A DNA stretch of 64,000 nucleotides, from contig NIVC01001175.1 of the NCBI GenBank assembly GCA_002269645.1, forward strand, positions 124,001-188,000, written 5' to 3'. Below the pieces are notes generated by a model. The model was given only the letters and a program-made list of their open reading frames with translations. It was not told where the DNA came from and did no database searches. Below are positions 28,366 through 60,720 of this stretch, piece by piece (positions within the stretch are counted from its first letter, which is position 1; each line of letters starts with the position of its first letter). The translations under genes and the position numbers were made by a program. Origin of the DNA: Macrostomum lignano (Eukaryota).

Positions 28366-28985
28366 CATGGAATGGTACTTTATAATTTTTAGATGTTTTT
28401 CACGAGGGAAGGGACTCCAATTGAGCACACTCAATTGCGAGTAATTGCCCAACGCATCACTCATTTAATTAATTGATACCATGTTTTCTATAACTGATTA
28501 GATTAAAATGCTCCCGCAATCTGTGTAGGTTATGAAGTTAAAAGTTCAAATTTATGTTAGGCGGTCTTAATTCATTGTGCGCCACTGTACATGTTTGCGC
28601 TCAGCTCTTAATTCGCTTCCAGTGAAGTTAGTTTTTTTTCACTGGCAGCGTTGCGAAACAGGTTCCCTTTAAGAACCCTCGATCACCAGGAAGGACCCTG
28701 GTCTCAGCTCACCTTCACCAGACTGCTGACACTTTGACAACCCCGACAACTGAGTTCCGCGTGCGCGCTGCACCCTATTAAACCCGGCAAAACTCAAACT
28801 TTTTCTTCCGTAGTCACTGTGTGTTTCCCAGTTGGCTGTTTGATAAGGCACAAATCTGTAACTGCGTGCTTACAGAAATGTATGAGATAAGGATCAATGT
28901 TTGCAAAATTTTCCCTGCGACCAGAACACAGTGGCTGTTTGATAAACACTTTATCATTTTTAATTTCACTATCGGACTCGACTTT

Positions 28986-29231
28986 GGGTTCGATTTCCGA
29001 TCCCACTGGAACAATTTGAGTCCCTGAGCTGAGGACACTTAACTCTGCATTGCTTCAGTTCACCCAGCTGTAAAATGGGTGCCAGCATTAGCTGGGGTAA
29101 TTAAGGGTGTGTGGCGACCCCCCAGCAGTCCTTGGACTGAACAGCCGTACGCAGCCTTCAGATGCGCCGCGCAATTGCTGCGGCTGAGCTGTCAGTAGCA
29201 CGTCTGCCATAAGGGCAGTTGTAATAAAAAA
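28986..29231 (+). mobile_element. tRNA-derived SINE (family 1), 5'-decayed
   Basis: B-box remnant ggttcgatttcc, cacttaactctgcattgcttcagttcacccagctgtaaaatggg core, shared 3' body. Confidence 0.88.
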
Positions 29232-30104
29232 AATATTGAACATAATTAACAGTGCAAACTATAGGCTCTGACCGTAGAAGGAGGCGCTGAAGCTTCCAGG
29301 TTCCGGGTAATATCTGTCGAAGCTCAAGGATATTAAGGCAGAGTCTGGTTGCAGAGAGATGTTAAAATCTTACCGTAATGTGCTACTTAAAGTAAAAATC
29401 TAAGAAAAATCAATCTAAATCTGCAGCCAAATCTTTTAATTTTTTAATGAGTCGTGTAAACAGTGGCAAAAAAGCCTACATAGGACTAAAGTTTGTTTGA
29501 TCAAGTTACCAGAATTCAGCAGCTTCCATTGCTTCTGATTCGATCTCGCTTTTGGTCAACTTCAGATAAAGTCAAGCAAGCACCCCCTGAGACAAGCAGA
29601 AAGCTCACGAACACCTTTCGAGACCACAGCCAGATGTCGGAAAATCACAGGAGCACGCATAGGTTTCAAAGTTAGTTTAATGCCGAAAATTTGTATATAG
29701 CTACATAGGCATTTGTTCCCCAGTGTCTAGAAGTGGAAGTTTTGAGTGACTGATCACCACTCTTAAACTCTTCACTGTGGTTTCGGCGAAGCTGGCAGAC
29801 ACGCAGATGCCAGCAAGGGAGCCGATGACAACCGCTAAGAATTGAGAATAATCTCTGCGTGATACGTTAAGAGAATTTTCTAGAAAAAGATTCAATGGGA
29901 AACTTGACTTTACACTAGTGACAGAGTATAGTACCTGTGGGTTCGAATCAGAGTGCGGTCACACTTCAACTAAAGTTGGCCCCGTGCGCTTCACGACAGC
30001 CAATGACGGCCAACCCTCGAGGCACAGAAAAGTATGGCCACTGTACACTTTAAGTGGCACTGTACATGCTAGAGGTCGGCCTCTCTCTCTGGAAGAACAT
30101 GTCG

Positions 30105-30787
30105 AGGTTGTAGACTAGTAGGGGGGTTGTAAACTAGAAGTACGCTCGTAGGAGGGTTGTAGACTATCTAGTAGTTGGGTTGTAGACTAGAAGTACGCTC
30201 GTAGGAGGGTTGTAGACTAGTAGGGGGGTTGTAGACTAGTAGGGGGGTTGTAGACTAGTAGGGGGGTTGTAGACTAGTAGGGGGTTGTATACTAGTAGGG
30301 GGTTATAGACTAGTAGGGGGTTGTAGACTAGTAGGGGGGTTGTAGACTAGTAGGGGGGTTGTAGACTAGTAGGGGGTTGTAGCCTAGTAGGGGGTTGTAG
30401 ACTAGTAGGGGGGTTGTAGACTAGTAGGGGGTTGTATACTAGTAGGGGGTTGTAGACTAGTAGGGGGGTTGTCGACTAGTAGGTGGGTTGTAGACTAGTA
30501 GGGGGTTGTAGACTAGTAGGGGGTTGTAGCCTAGTAGGGGGGTTGTAGCCTAGTAGGAGGGTTGTAGACTAGTAGAGGGGTTGTAGCCTAGTAGGAGGGT
30601 TGTAGACTAGTAGAGGGGTTGTAGCCTAGTAGGAGGGTTGTAGACTAGTAGGTGGGTTGTAGACTAGTAGGGGGTTGTAGACTAGTAGGAGGGTTGTAGC
30701 CTAGTAGAGGGGTTGTAGCCTAGTAGGAGGGTTGTAGCCTAGTAGGAGGGTTGTAGCCTAGTAGGGGGTTGTAGACTAGTAGGGGGG
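30105..30787. repeat. 18-19-bp minisatellite (ggggg[g]ttgtag[a/c]ctagta)
   Basis: Tandem array running directly into a SINE copy; the unit matches the SINE 5' end. Confidence 0.95.
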
Positions 30788-31021
30788 TTTTTAGAGCGTC
30801 GAACTCCCGATTCCCGATCCCACTGCAAGAATTTGTGCTGTAAAATGGGTGCCAGCATTAGCTGGGGTAATTGAGGGTGTGAGTGGCGACCCCAGCAGTC
30901 CTTGGACTGAACAGCCGTACGCAGCCTTCAGATGCGCCGCGCAATAGCTGCGGCTGAGCTGTCGGTTGCACGTCTGGCCCAATTGGGCAGATGTAACCAG
31001 TTATTATTATTATTATTATTT
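30781..31021 (+). mobile_element. tRNA-derived SINE (family 1), internally deleted head
   Basis: ttagagcgtcgaactc head remnant, shared body, (ATT)n tail. Confidence 0.9.
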
Positions 31022-31621
31022 TGCGTTAAGCATTGTTTGGGAACTGTATTATACACCGTTGCCATGACTACAGCATTACAAGGATATGCAGCGCTGATTG
31101 CCAACCTGATATTATTTACTTCCAAAGAGTCAGGCGCACTGCGGATTTAAGCCGAAGCGAATTTCAGTAGATATTCTGTCCGATTAACTGTTTTGCTCTA
31201 CAAAAGCAATTCAATTCAACCGGATTAGCAGTCACTGCAAGCAATGTATCTACTTAAATTTCCAAATTCTGACAGTCATGCGAGCCAAAAAATATGATTC
31301 CCAAAATTTTATCGACAGAGCTGATTGACCTTAAGTGGAATTTCAAATCAGAATTCATATCGCATTTATGAGTCATAGCAACAGGGTGGGAGCTTGCGAG
31401 TACTGAGTGCGACAGTCTAATAAGCGTGGTCAATGAAGGAAGAATATGTGAATATTGAAGTAATGACGTGGACCAAACTAGCTTTACCTGTTAACAACAA
31501 CAAAAGCATTTTTTGGCTTCAGCTGCAACAGCGAAGTTGTCATTCTTGTGTCTTGTGTTCTCCGGTATTCTTTGGTTCGTGCAACCAAAGAGTTCTATAA
31601 TTAGCATCTGGAGAATGCTTC

Positions 31622-31760
31622 TTAGTCTTAGTGTCTTAGTGTCTTAGTGTCTTAGTGTCTTAGTGTCTTAGTGTCTTAGTGTCTTAGTGTCTTAGTGTCT
31701 TAGTGTCTTAGTGTCTTAGTGCCTTAGTGTCTTAGTGTCTTAGTGTCTTAGTGTCTTAGT
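31622..31760. repeat. 8-bp repeat (ttagtgtc)n
   Basis: Perfect tandem octamer. Confidence 0.97.
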
Positions 31761-31765
31761 GTATT

Positions 31766-32100
<335 letters not shown>

Positions 32101-33216
32101 TTCTTACTGTCTTAGTTCTATGGCAGAGTATTTTGAGAAGATTCTTAAAACAATTATTGGTAAGGTACGAGTAGTTGCTCCTAAAAATTACAAAGACGTG
32201 GGTAGGAATTGATGACAACGAGATCAATGAGAACTCTCAAAGTAAACACCATTTATTTATATATCACTCACTGTTAGGATAAAGCTATTAGATAAAATTT
32301 GATTAGTGCACAGTTTTAATTAATCAAAGTTATTCGAAAAAAATTAAAAAAGCCACCATTTTCATTGTTGTTTAAGAGAGATGAAATTTTTCTTTACTGA
32401 CTTTTTGGACCGAAAGAAGGCCAAAGTGGTTGGCAATTGACGACAGTCAAAGATGCATCGAGATTTAATGAAAGCTTTCAAGAAAGAAAACCTGATTTAA
32501 TGTGGTGCTTTACATTGAATAAAAACTTGAAAAGAACGCAATGTACTTTAACTGGGAACTCTGGAAGGGTAAGAAAGGTAGCAGTTTATGTGAATAATAT
32601 CTTTTCTAATTACACGCAAAGTTTGGTTAATACATTCAAATGGCGCTAGAGATCGATCGATACAAAAATGCCGAATGCAATGGTCGATGCGGATATCACT
32701 GGATTTCAGATTTCGAAGTCAGTTCTTTGTATTGTGAAATATTTTCGGGCTTAACAGCATGTGGTGAGTTTGAACTTGCTATGTAAGCAGGAGTTGTGCT
32801 TTTGAGTTACATTCAAGTCTGGTAGGGTATTAATGTTTACTGTTGAAGTTCATAGACTTGCTACTGTCTTCACTGCTGCAGGTCATAGACCTGCTACTGT
32901 CTTCACTGCTGTAGGTCATAGACCTGCTACTGTTTTCAATATTGTAGTTAGTTCATAGAAAATTCCATGATCAGTAGGATGTCGTAGGGATATCCGAGTA
33001 TGTAAGGATCACTATTTAGTGCCGTTTAACACACAATCGATAATAATAGTAATGAGCAATCAGAGTGAAATGAAAACGCATCTGTCAGTAACCGACACTA
33101 TATTGGTACATTCGCGATAGAAAAATGTTCACATGTAGGTCATTACAAAAATATCTGCTCAATTCAATTGTGAAATTTAAGCTCCTTCGTACTTAATTAT
33201 TAATATTAATTAATAC

Positions 33217-52907
<19,691 letters not shown>

Positions 52908-54394
52908 CTCGCAGTCTGAAGTGTGTCCCCAGCCCGGGCAGCTGTCCCCTGCCCTGCCTGTGCACTGCTGAAGAGGCCGCTCGTGACTAATTGGCGCAGA
53001 AGATCCTGGCAGAAGAAAAAGAGAAAAAAATCAGGCAATAGCGGCAGTTTTTTTAGTTTATGCGACAAGAGAAAATACGTTTGCATGTTTATATGTAAGG
53101 GGATCACCCTGCTTTCCCAAGTCCGCAGTTTCATTTTGGTCGCTAGAGCGGCCTCGATCTGTTTACGCGTGTTGCAGCAGCAGAAATTGAGCAAAAATAT
53201 GTTATGCGCACTTCAATGGCTGCTGCTGCAGGGGGCTGCGGGAAATTTGGGGAAGCCAATGAAGCCAATGTTCTTGCGAAAGGCGTCTTGCTAGAAAGCT
53301 ATTTTTGATCTTCTAAGTTTCCTGCTTCTGAAGTTGCAGAAATTGCCTTCGATAGCCCGTGTTTTACTTGGGACGAAAGCTTTGCAAATTTATTTTCCTG
53401 AAATTTTCTTCTTTGAGTCGCCTCAGGTGCGATTCGACCACGTCATAGGCCAGAACTGGATTCCGCGTTCTCACTCTCTGTAAACTGGTCTTTACCGCTG
53501 ATGCTACAGATGGACCCCATCTGTAGACACGAATCGAACCAGTGGATCCGACAAACTTTCGAATTTCTAATTAAATCATATAGTTACTGGCATCCAGGAT
53601 ATGAAGGGTTCGGGTCTTTTAGACACACAATGCACGCACCAAGAACTAAATATGATACTCGCAGTAGCCTATGTGAAATCTGACGGCAGAATACCAAAAA
53701 AGAATTTTGTGAAATATTTATTAAATAAAATTAGGTCAGATTATGTGTGTTGCTGCTCAGACTTCTGACTTAAGCGAAAATTTTGTAAAAAGCGAAAAAC
53801 TGTTTAATATAAGGCATGCGTTAGAAAGAATTTAAGGTATAAACGCTACCATAAAGAATATTGCGACATGTTAGAGGTGTTCTAATTAAATGCACATAGA
53901 TTGCAGATGTTTTGTAAATAATATAATTACTTGATGGCTCAGCTCTGTAGGTACTGTAGTAAAAAGCAATCCCTGAAACTCAACCCAAAGTAAGAATACT
54001 ACAGTTTCTAGTTAGCTCACTGATTGCTGAATTAGTGAATATTATTTTCTCGATAAACTCTTTCTAAACTTGCACACCCGGGGTTTTAAAGTTTGCAGGC
54101 AGACCTTCATAAGTCACGAAGCCGTCCGAAACGCTTTGGCTAGAAGCGAAAAAATGATAAGTCGCGTCAGGAACAGTTGAAAGGCGAAGACCTGTCAAAA
54201 TGCTTTTAATACACGAAAGGTAGCAATTAGAAAGAAATCGGCCTAAGAATCTTCACGGGGAGCTAAGAGCAACAAAAGGATTAAAACAATATTTTTGCAT
54301 TCTAAACTGCTTGTATTAAAATGAAAATTTATGATTTTGTATGAATATGATTTATATCAACTTATTCCGTAGAGAAATTGAGCGGAAAACACCA

Positions 54395-55350
54395 CAAACT
54401 AAACACTTCACTGCTAAACACTACACAATAAACACTACACACTACACACTAAACACTTCACTGCTAAACATTACAGAATAAACACTACACAATAAACACT
54501 ACACAATAAACACTACACAATAAACACTACACAATAAACACTACACAATAAACACTACACAATAAACACTACACAATAAACACTACACAATAAACACTAC
54601 ACAATAAACACTACACAATAAACACTACACAATAAACACTACACAATAAACACTACACAATAAACACTACACAATAAACACTACACAATAAACACTACAC
54701 AATAAACACTACACAATAAACACTACACACTACACAATAAACACTACACAATAAACACTACACAATAAACTCTACACAATAAACACTACACACTACACAC
54801 TAAACACTTCACTGCTAAACATTACAGAATAAACACTACACACTACACACTACACACTACACACTACACACTACACACTACACACTACACACTACACACT
54901 ACACACTGCACACTACACACTGCACACTACACACTGCACACTACACACTGCACACTACACACTGCACACTACACACTGCACACTACACACTACACACTAC
55001 ACATTACTCAACTACACACTACACACTGCACACTACACACTGCACACTACACACTACACACTACACATTACTCAACTACACACTACACACTACACACTAC
55101 ACTCTACACACTACACACTACACACTACACAGTACTCAACTACACACTACACACTACACACTACACAGTACTCAACTACACACTACACACTACACACTAC
55201 ACACTACACACTGCACACTACACACTACACACTACACACTACACACTACACACTGCACACTACACACTACACACTACACACTACACACTACACACTACAC
55301 ACTACACACTACACACTACACAGTACTCAACTACACACTACACACTACGC
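54395..55350. repeat. 14-bp (aataaacactacac) array grading into 7-bp (actacac)n
   Basis: Tandem array upstream of SK. Confidence 0.96.
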
Positions 55351-58300
55351 AACTGTGCACTAGATATTAAACACTAGAGACTACTTCTTAGAGACTAGAG
55401 ATTAAAGACTTGAGGCTTGCCCTGTACAAGCAGATGTTGATTCTATTAAAAAGTACTGCATATCACATTAGCATATTTAATATAACTAAGCACACTTACT
55501 TCAGTCTGACTCTGCAGTTATAACTTCAGGCTTTCATTATAAAGGCCGCTTGACGAATACTTAAACCTTGCCAGCTCTGCGCCAAAGTTTGACTTAGCTA
55601 TTAACAGTACTTGCGATGAATAGTTGGACTTAATGCTGAGTGGACAGAAAAGTCCAAGCTTTCCGGTCACATCTTGAAGAGGAGATCGAGCAGTTTCTCT
55701 CTTCTACTTCTAGAAGACTTATTTACCGACCCGCGGTGAATAGATTGAAAGAATTTCGTTAAATATTCGTCTTCCGGACTGATAACAATTCCGGAGATAG
55801 TGGGGCAGGGTTAGAGAGGGGATTAGGCTGCAGTCCTGTGGGGATTTGTTCAGTTGGGGAGCCAAGCTTAAGGGGAGGGAGGGGCAGCGACCGAGTTCTG
55901 ACCGAGAAGGAATTGGTCGGTCGGTTACCAATGGCGGAGATCGCCCCTAGTGCGCAGCAGCACCAACAACAGTTGCGCACAGATGGTGGCCTACATGCGG
56001 GTCGGAACAGGTCTAAGCGAGGCATTCTTCAAATCCGCGATTTCTTTTCCGTTGCATTTACTATTGATTTACAACACAACCACTATCGCTTGTAAATAAC
56101 TTATGAAAAGGCCCAGCTCTGTTAGTTTGTTTACGCGGAAAAGCACTTTTGAAACATTTCTGAATTTCAAGAGAACACCCATTCGCTGTCTTGTATTTTA
56201 GTTCTTTAAAAGTTTTCACATTTAATCTTCAATCCTAGTGCAACAAAAAAATTAGACGCCCTAAATTCACTCAAAAATCTTTTCATCCTACGGCTGATAT
56301 TATTTACTTAGGACTTTAACACTAAGTCCCTTAGGACTTTTAATTGGTAGGGGCGCAAACACTTTGGTGGGAGGCGATTGGCAGGGCATACGCCACTGCT
56401 TGATGCATCTCCGGAAACCAATATCGTCCATCCGTGCAGGAACTCTCAGTACAGTAGGATTGCCGCTTTTCGAACTCGACTTTGTCGGCCAGCAATTCGC
56501 GCTCTCATTCTTCTTCAGCATGCATAATTTACACTTCAACCCCGAGCAAAACTCATCTCTATGTAGAGAGGAGAGGGTGAGACGGCCAACGAGATGCATG
56601 TTGCAGCTCTCTCGGGGGGTTGGGGGGGGGAGAAGTGGTTTTTTCTCCGCAAAAACCGACCGTATGCCGTTTGCATGTAAAGTGTTTTTTAAGCTGACGC
56701 GGCATTGAGATATGGAGGCGGCATCGCGTGCTGAAACAATGTGGGCAGTGCGAATGACGGGGAGCAAGTCGGCCATCTGTCTCTCTTGGCTCTGTTGCAA
56801 TGTCTTGCTGTGCCCACCCAATGCGGAATAGTGCAGCAACTACAGCTGATGCGCCACTTTTATAAATTGGCTTGAAACACGAGGCACTGTGGCTATGTTA
56901 TTGGCTCCGGCTACAAGGTTATGCCGGGCGGAGAAGGGGAAAAAGCTAAAGTATGCAAGAGGGTTGTCGTGTTGCTTTGTATGTCTAGCATATAGATAGA
57001 TGGAGAAAAAGCATGGTGGAAAGATTGGGGGAGCTGCTGCTATTGCGCACCAAAGATTTAAGCTGCCTATAGACAGGTGAGGCAAAATGCCAAGCACCAC
57101 AGACCCTTTCCATGGCGATGTTCGCGCAGCCAAAACCCGAACAGACCCGCCTTCATCGGCCCCAGGTGCTCGCGAACGATTTCCTTGGACCTCGTCAACC
57201 GAACTACATGGAAGAATATAGCAGACTTCGCGTTAGCAACTATACAGTCCGCTGCAGGTGCAACGGGGGGGGGTTCGATTGCGTTAGAAGATAAAATTTG
57301 CCAGATAGACAACTAACGGTCCGGCGCTACCGCTGGCGCACAATTTAGCGCACGTCAGTCAGGGCATTCGGACGATTGTCCTTTTACAGCCGCTGCGAGG
57401 CTAAATATAGGCTGCAGAAGGCGGAACAGGAATTCTTTGAAGCATAAAAATATCAAGTATTTAATAAAGAAGTCATACATGTATGTGCTAAGCAATTTAG
57501 ATAGGAAATCCCTGAGTAGATAAACCGATCATGAAAAGCTGGGGCTGTTTCGTAAACGACTTTTAGTGACTGACTCAGTTTCTTGACCTCAACTACCAAT
57601 ACTACTGTGCTTAATTTTGCATAAACTATTATGTTATTAGTCAAAGAGCGCGTCAATTTCATCTGGTACATCAACTAAATCAATCACCTGTCAACTTTTC
57701 TGTCATCGCCGACGCTCATGGCGTGTCCACCAAGCCAGCTGGTCCTCAGAGACGCAGACGCTCTTACCATAGACGATTAAGCAGAACAGCTGAGGGCTTA
57801 TAAACTTGTAGATTGTTTGGCCGGAATTTAAAAGTAAGCCTTCTTCTTTAATTTGTAGCTTGAAACTTGCAAAATCTATGAAACGCCCACTGAAATAGAA
57901 AGATTTTCGGATGCTCGGAACTATTCTAGAACGCTAACGAGTGCGTCATTGAAGGAATCCAGCACGCTGACGAGTGCGTCAATGGCTGCAACACGAGTGC
58001 GTAGCGCACAAGTCAAAGTGCTTGATTCCCATTCTTATTTGATCCAACATGTGTGGCTAAAGTAAACAAGGGTGGAGCTGGGGGTGTGGAGTTAGACTTG
58101 AACCATAGACAAAATATGCGCGAGCTAGTCTGAACATTGTCGGCTGATTTTCCATGCAAGAATGGCATTCTTGCACTCTTTTGCGTGCAGGAATGGATGT
58201 CTATGGTAAAATCTCACTGAAAAAGCATTAGGCGCAGAAATGCATTCCTGCACGGTTTTGTGCATTCCTGCACGATGAATCATCCGACAATGGAATTCCT

Positions 58301-59206
58301 TCACGTTCACTCGTGCGTGAAGGACATCGTGCACTCGTGCGCTAGCGCGCACTCGTGCAGATGTCATTCCCGCACTCGTGACCGTGCAGGAATATATCAT
58401 TCTTGCACGATGGAAAGAAGATTATGCTTGTAGTCTATGGCTGTTATGCTAAATATAGAAACATTGCGCATTACATTCTTGCACGATTGACATTCCTGCA
58501 CGGAGTGCACATGTAAATTCAAGGTGCTTTTACCATAGACACTTGCATTTCTGCACGCATATGGCGACTTCCAAAGCATTCTTGCACGCTGGATCAAATA
58601 AGAATGCAAAATCGCGAGTTTGCATTTGCGTGAATCAAATTAGCTCATTTTACTCTGCGTGCGTGAATGATGTTTTGCCATTGACGCACGAGTTCCCATA
58701 GACAATTTCATTCCTGAGAAAATCACGTGGCGTATTGTTTAAGCTGCCCGCAATCCACAGGTTACTGTGCAACGTGCGTGGCATTTTCAAAGCAAACTTC
58801 ATCGATGCAATGCATTCCGAAATGCACCGGATGCAAGCTGACATTTACCACCGGGAATGGGGTACCGAGGCGGCCGATAAACCAGCGTACTTGCACAGAT
58901 CCCAGCGCTAAGTTGCACCAGCTGGACTTTTTATTCGGTAAAGACGATCGCAGCCTCTCCAGAGAACCGAAAATCTTCCATCCTGTTGACCGAAATTGTT
59001 CTAAACAAATTTGTGCGCTAGAGCAAAATAATTAAGAAACTGTTTTCAAGTTTACTGTTCACTCGAGTTGTTGTGCACGTAGCAATTACAACTTTAGCAC
59101 AATGACACCAATTTCTTAAAAATGGGGGTTTCAAAAGGGTTTCATATGGTAGCTTTGGTATGAAGCTCCTCCATCTTACATGCATAGCTAGCGGAGCTTA
59201 GCCAAT

Positions 59207-59510
59207 GGGGTTGTAGCCCAGTGGTTTACGACTGAATGGTCGGGGGTTCGACTCTCGACCGATTCGGAACAGTTTGTGCCCAATTTTGTTATTTGACACT
59301 TAACTCTACATTGCTTCAGTTCACCCAGCATTAGCTGGGGTAACTGAGGGTGTGTGTGGCGACCCCCCAGTCCTTGGACTGAACAGCCGTACGCAGCCTT
59401 CAGATGCGCCGCGCAATAGCTGCGGCTGAGCTGTCGGTTGCACGTCTGGCCCAATTGGGGCAGGTGTAATCAATTATTATTATTATTATTATTATTACTA
59501 TTATTATTAT
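59207..59510 (+). mobile_element. tRNA-derived SINE (family 1)
   Basis: ggggttgtagcccagtggtt A box, gggttcgactc B box, shared body, (ATT)n tail. Confidence 0.9.
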
Positions 59511-60720
59511 ATAGGTAGCGAAGCTCATAGAAAATGAAAATTAACAAAGCAAAATTAACAGCTGGTAAATATTCGCTTTAAACATAAAGATAGTAAAAAT
59601 AAGCCCTCCAAGTCTGTTAGGAAATCTTGGTGTCTATCTTTAATAACATGGTAATAAGGACGCACTTTTCAATCTTTAAATCACACTTGAGTTTTCATAT
59701 CTTTTTCTCTTACTCTTAGTAGGCCAGTTAAGCGTTTTTTCTTTGTTTATTATGCGCTCGTTTTTTGAAACAATTTTTACATCTTTTAAAGGACTTTTTT
59801 GCCTGAGTTATTTGTCCGCAAACGCTCGGTGATCAATTTCTGTCCTCAAAGACCCAGTGAACCTTCTAATCAAAGGCTAGAAAAATGGTCGACAATGAAA
59901 TTTTTGTTAAAATATTAGCTCGTAAATTCTGAAACGAAAGTATGAAATTCAAAGTGATAATTATTGACCGGCAATTTTATAAGGGACAAAAACTCAAAGC
60001 TTTCCACCAGACACGAGTTGTAAAGTTCAAATTTTTGCAGTAAATATGGCGGCCACAATGAAAAGTGATTACAAAATATCAGCACTTCACAATTATCGAA
60101 TAGGTACGAACAGCTAATTGACAGCTCCAGCCATCTAACTATTTAAAACTCTACTAAATTTAACAAAAACATTATGACAGAATGCCTACTATTGAGTCAT
60201 TAACGTTAAGCTATTTAATAATTAATAACAATCAATAAATATATTTTACAGCAGTTCTCTTAGTTTTTATAAACGAAGGAGATTACAGACAAATTATGAA
60301 TTAAAGCGGGGCCAGAATGAAAAAAGGAGCGTTTTGATTAAATAAGCACAAATCTGCGTCAAGCCAGTAAATTGTTTTAATGGTGCGTTTATTAAAACGA
60401 AAGAATCGGAATTTTTTTTAAAAAATTAAAAGACAATAAGTTGAGAAGTTCAGTTATAAGTGAAAAAGTTTAAAAAGTTTAAAATAATTTTATGTGTTAG
60501 TTTATCTTACAAGCATTTCTTGGTAGCCAATAGTCATTTCTATAGCCATGCAATCTCGAAAATGATGCCATCTCTCATCACTCTCTCAACCCATCGAACG
60601 TCCTTCATTCAATCATTCGTAATGTCTGCAGAAAAAAAAATTGTCCCGGAGCTAAATATTTGAACAGTTGATTTTCGAGCTTCAGACACAGCAGCAGCTT
60701 CTCTTTGAACGCAGTTCAGC

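Noticed and set aside
57067-57316. Overlapping ORFs in three frames upstream of SK
   Set aside because: No recognisable family motif or consistent splice structure.
59188-59454. Recurrent ORF MGQTCNRQLSRSYCAAHLKAAYGCS (also 30791-30982)
   Set aside because: Antisense reading of the SINE body.
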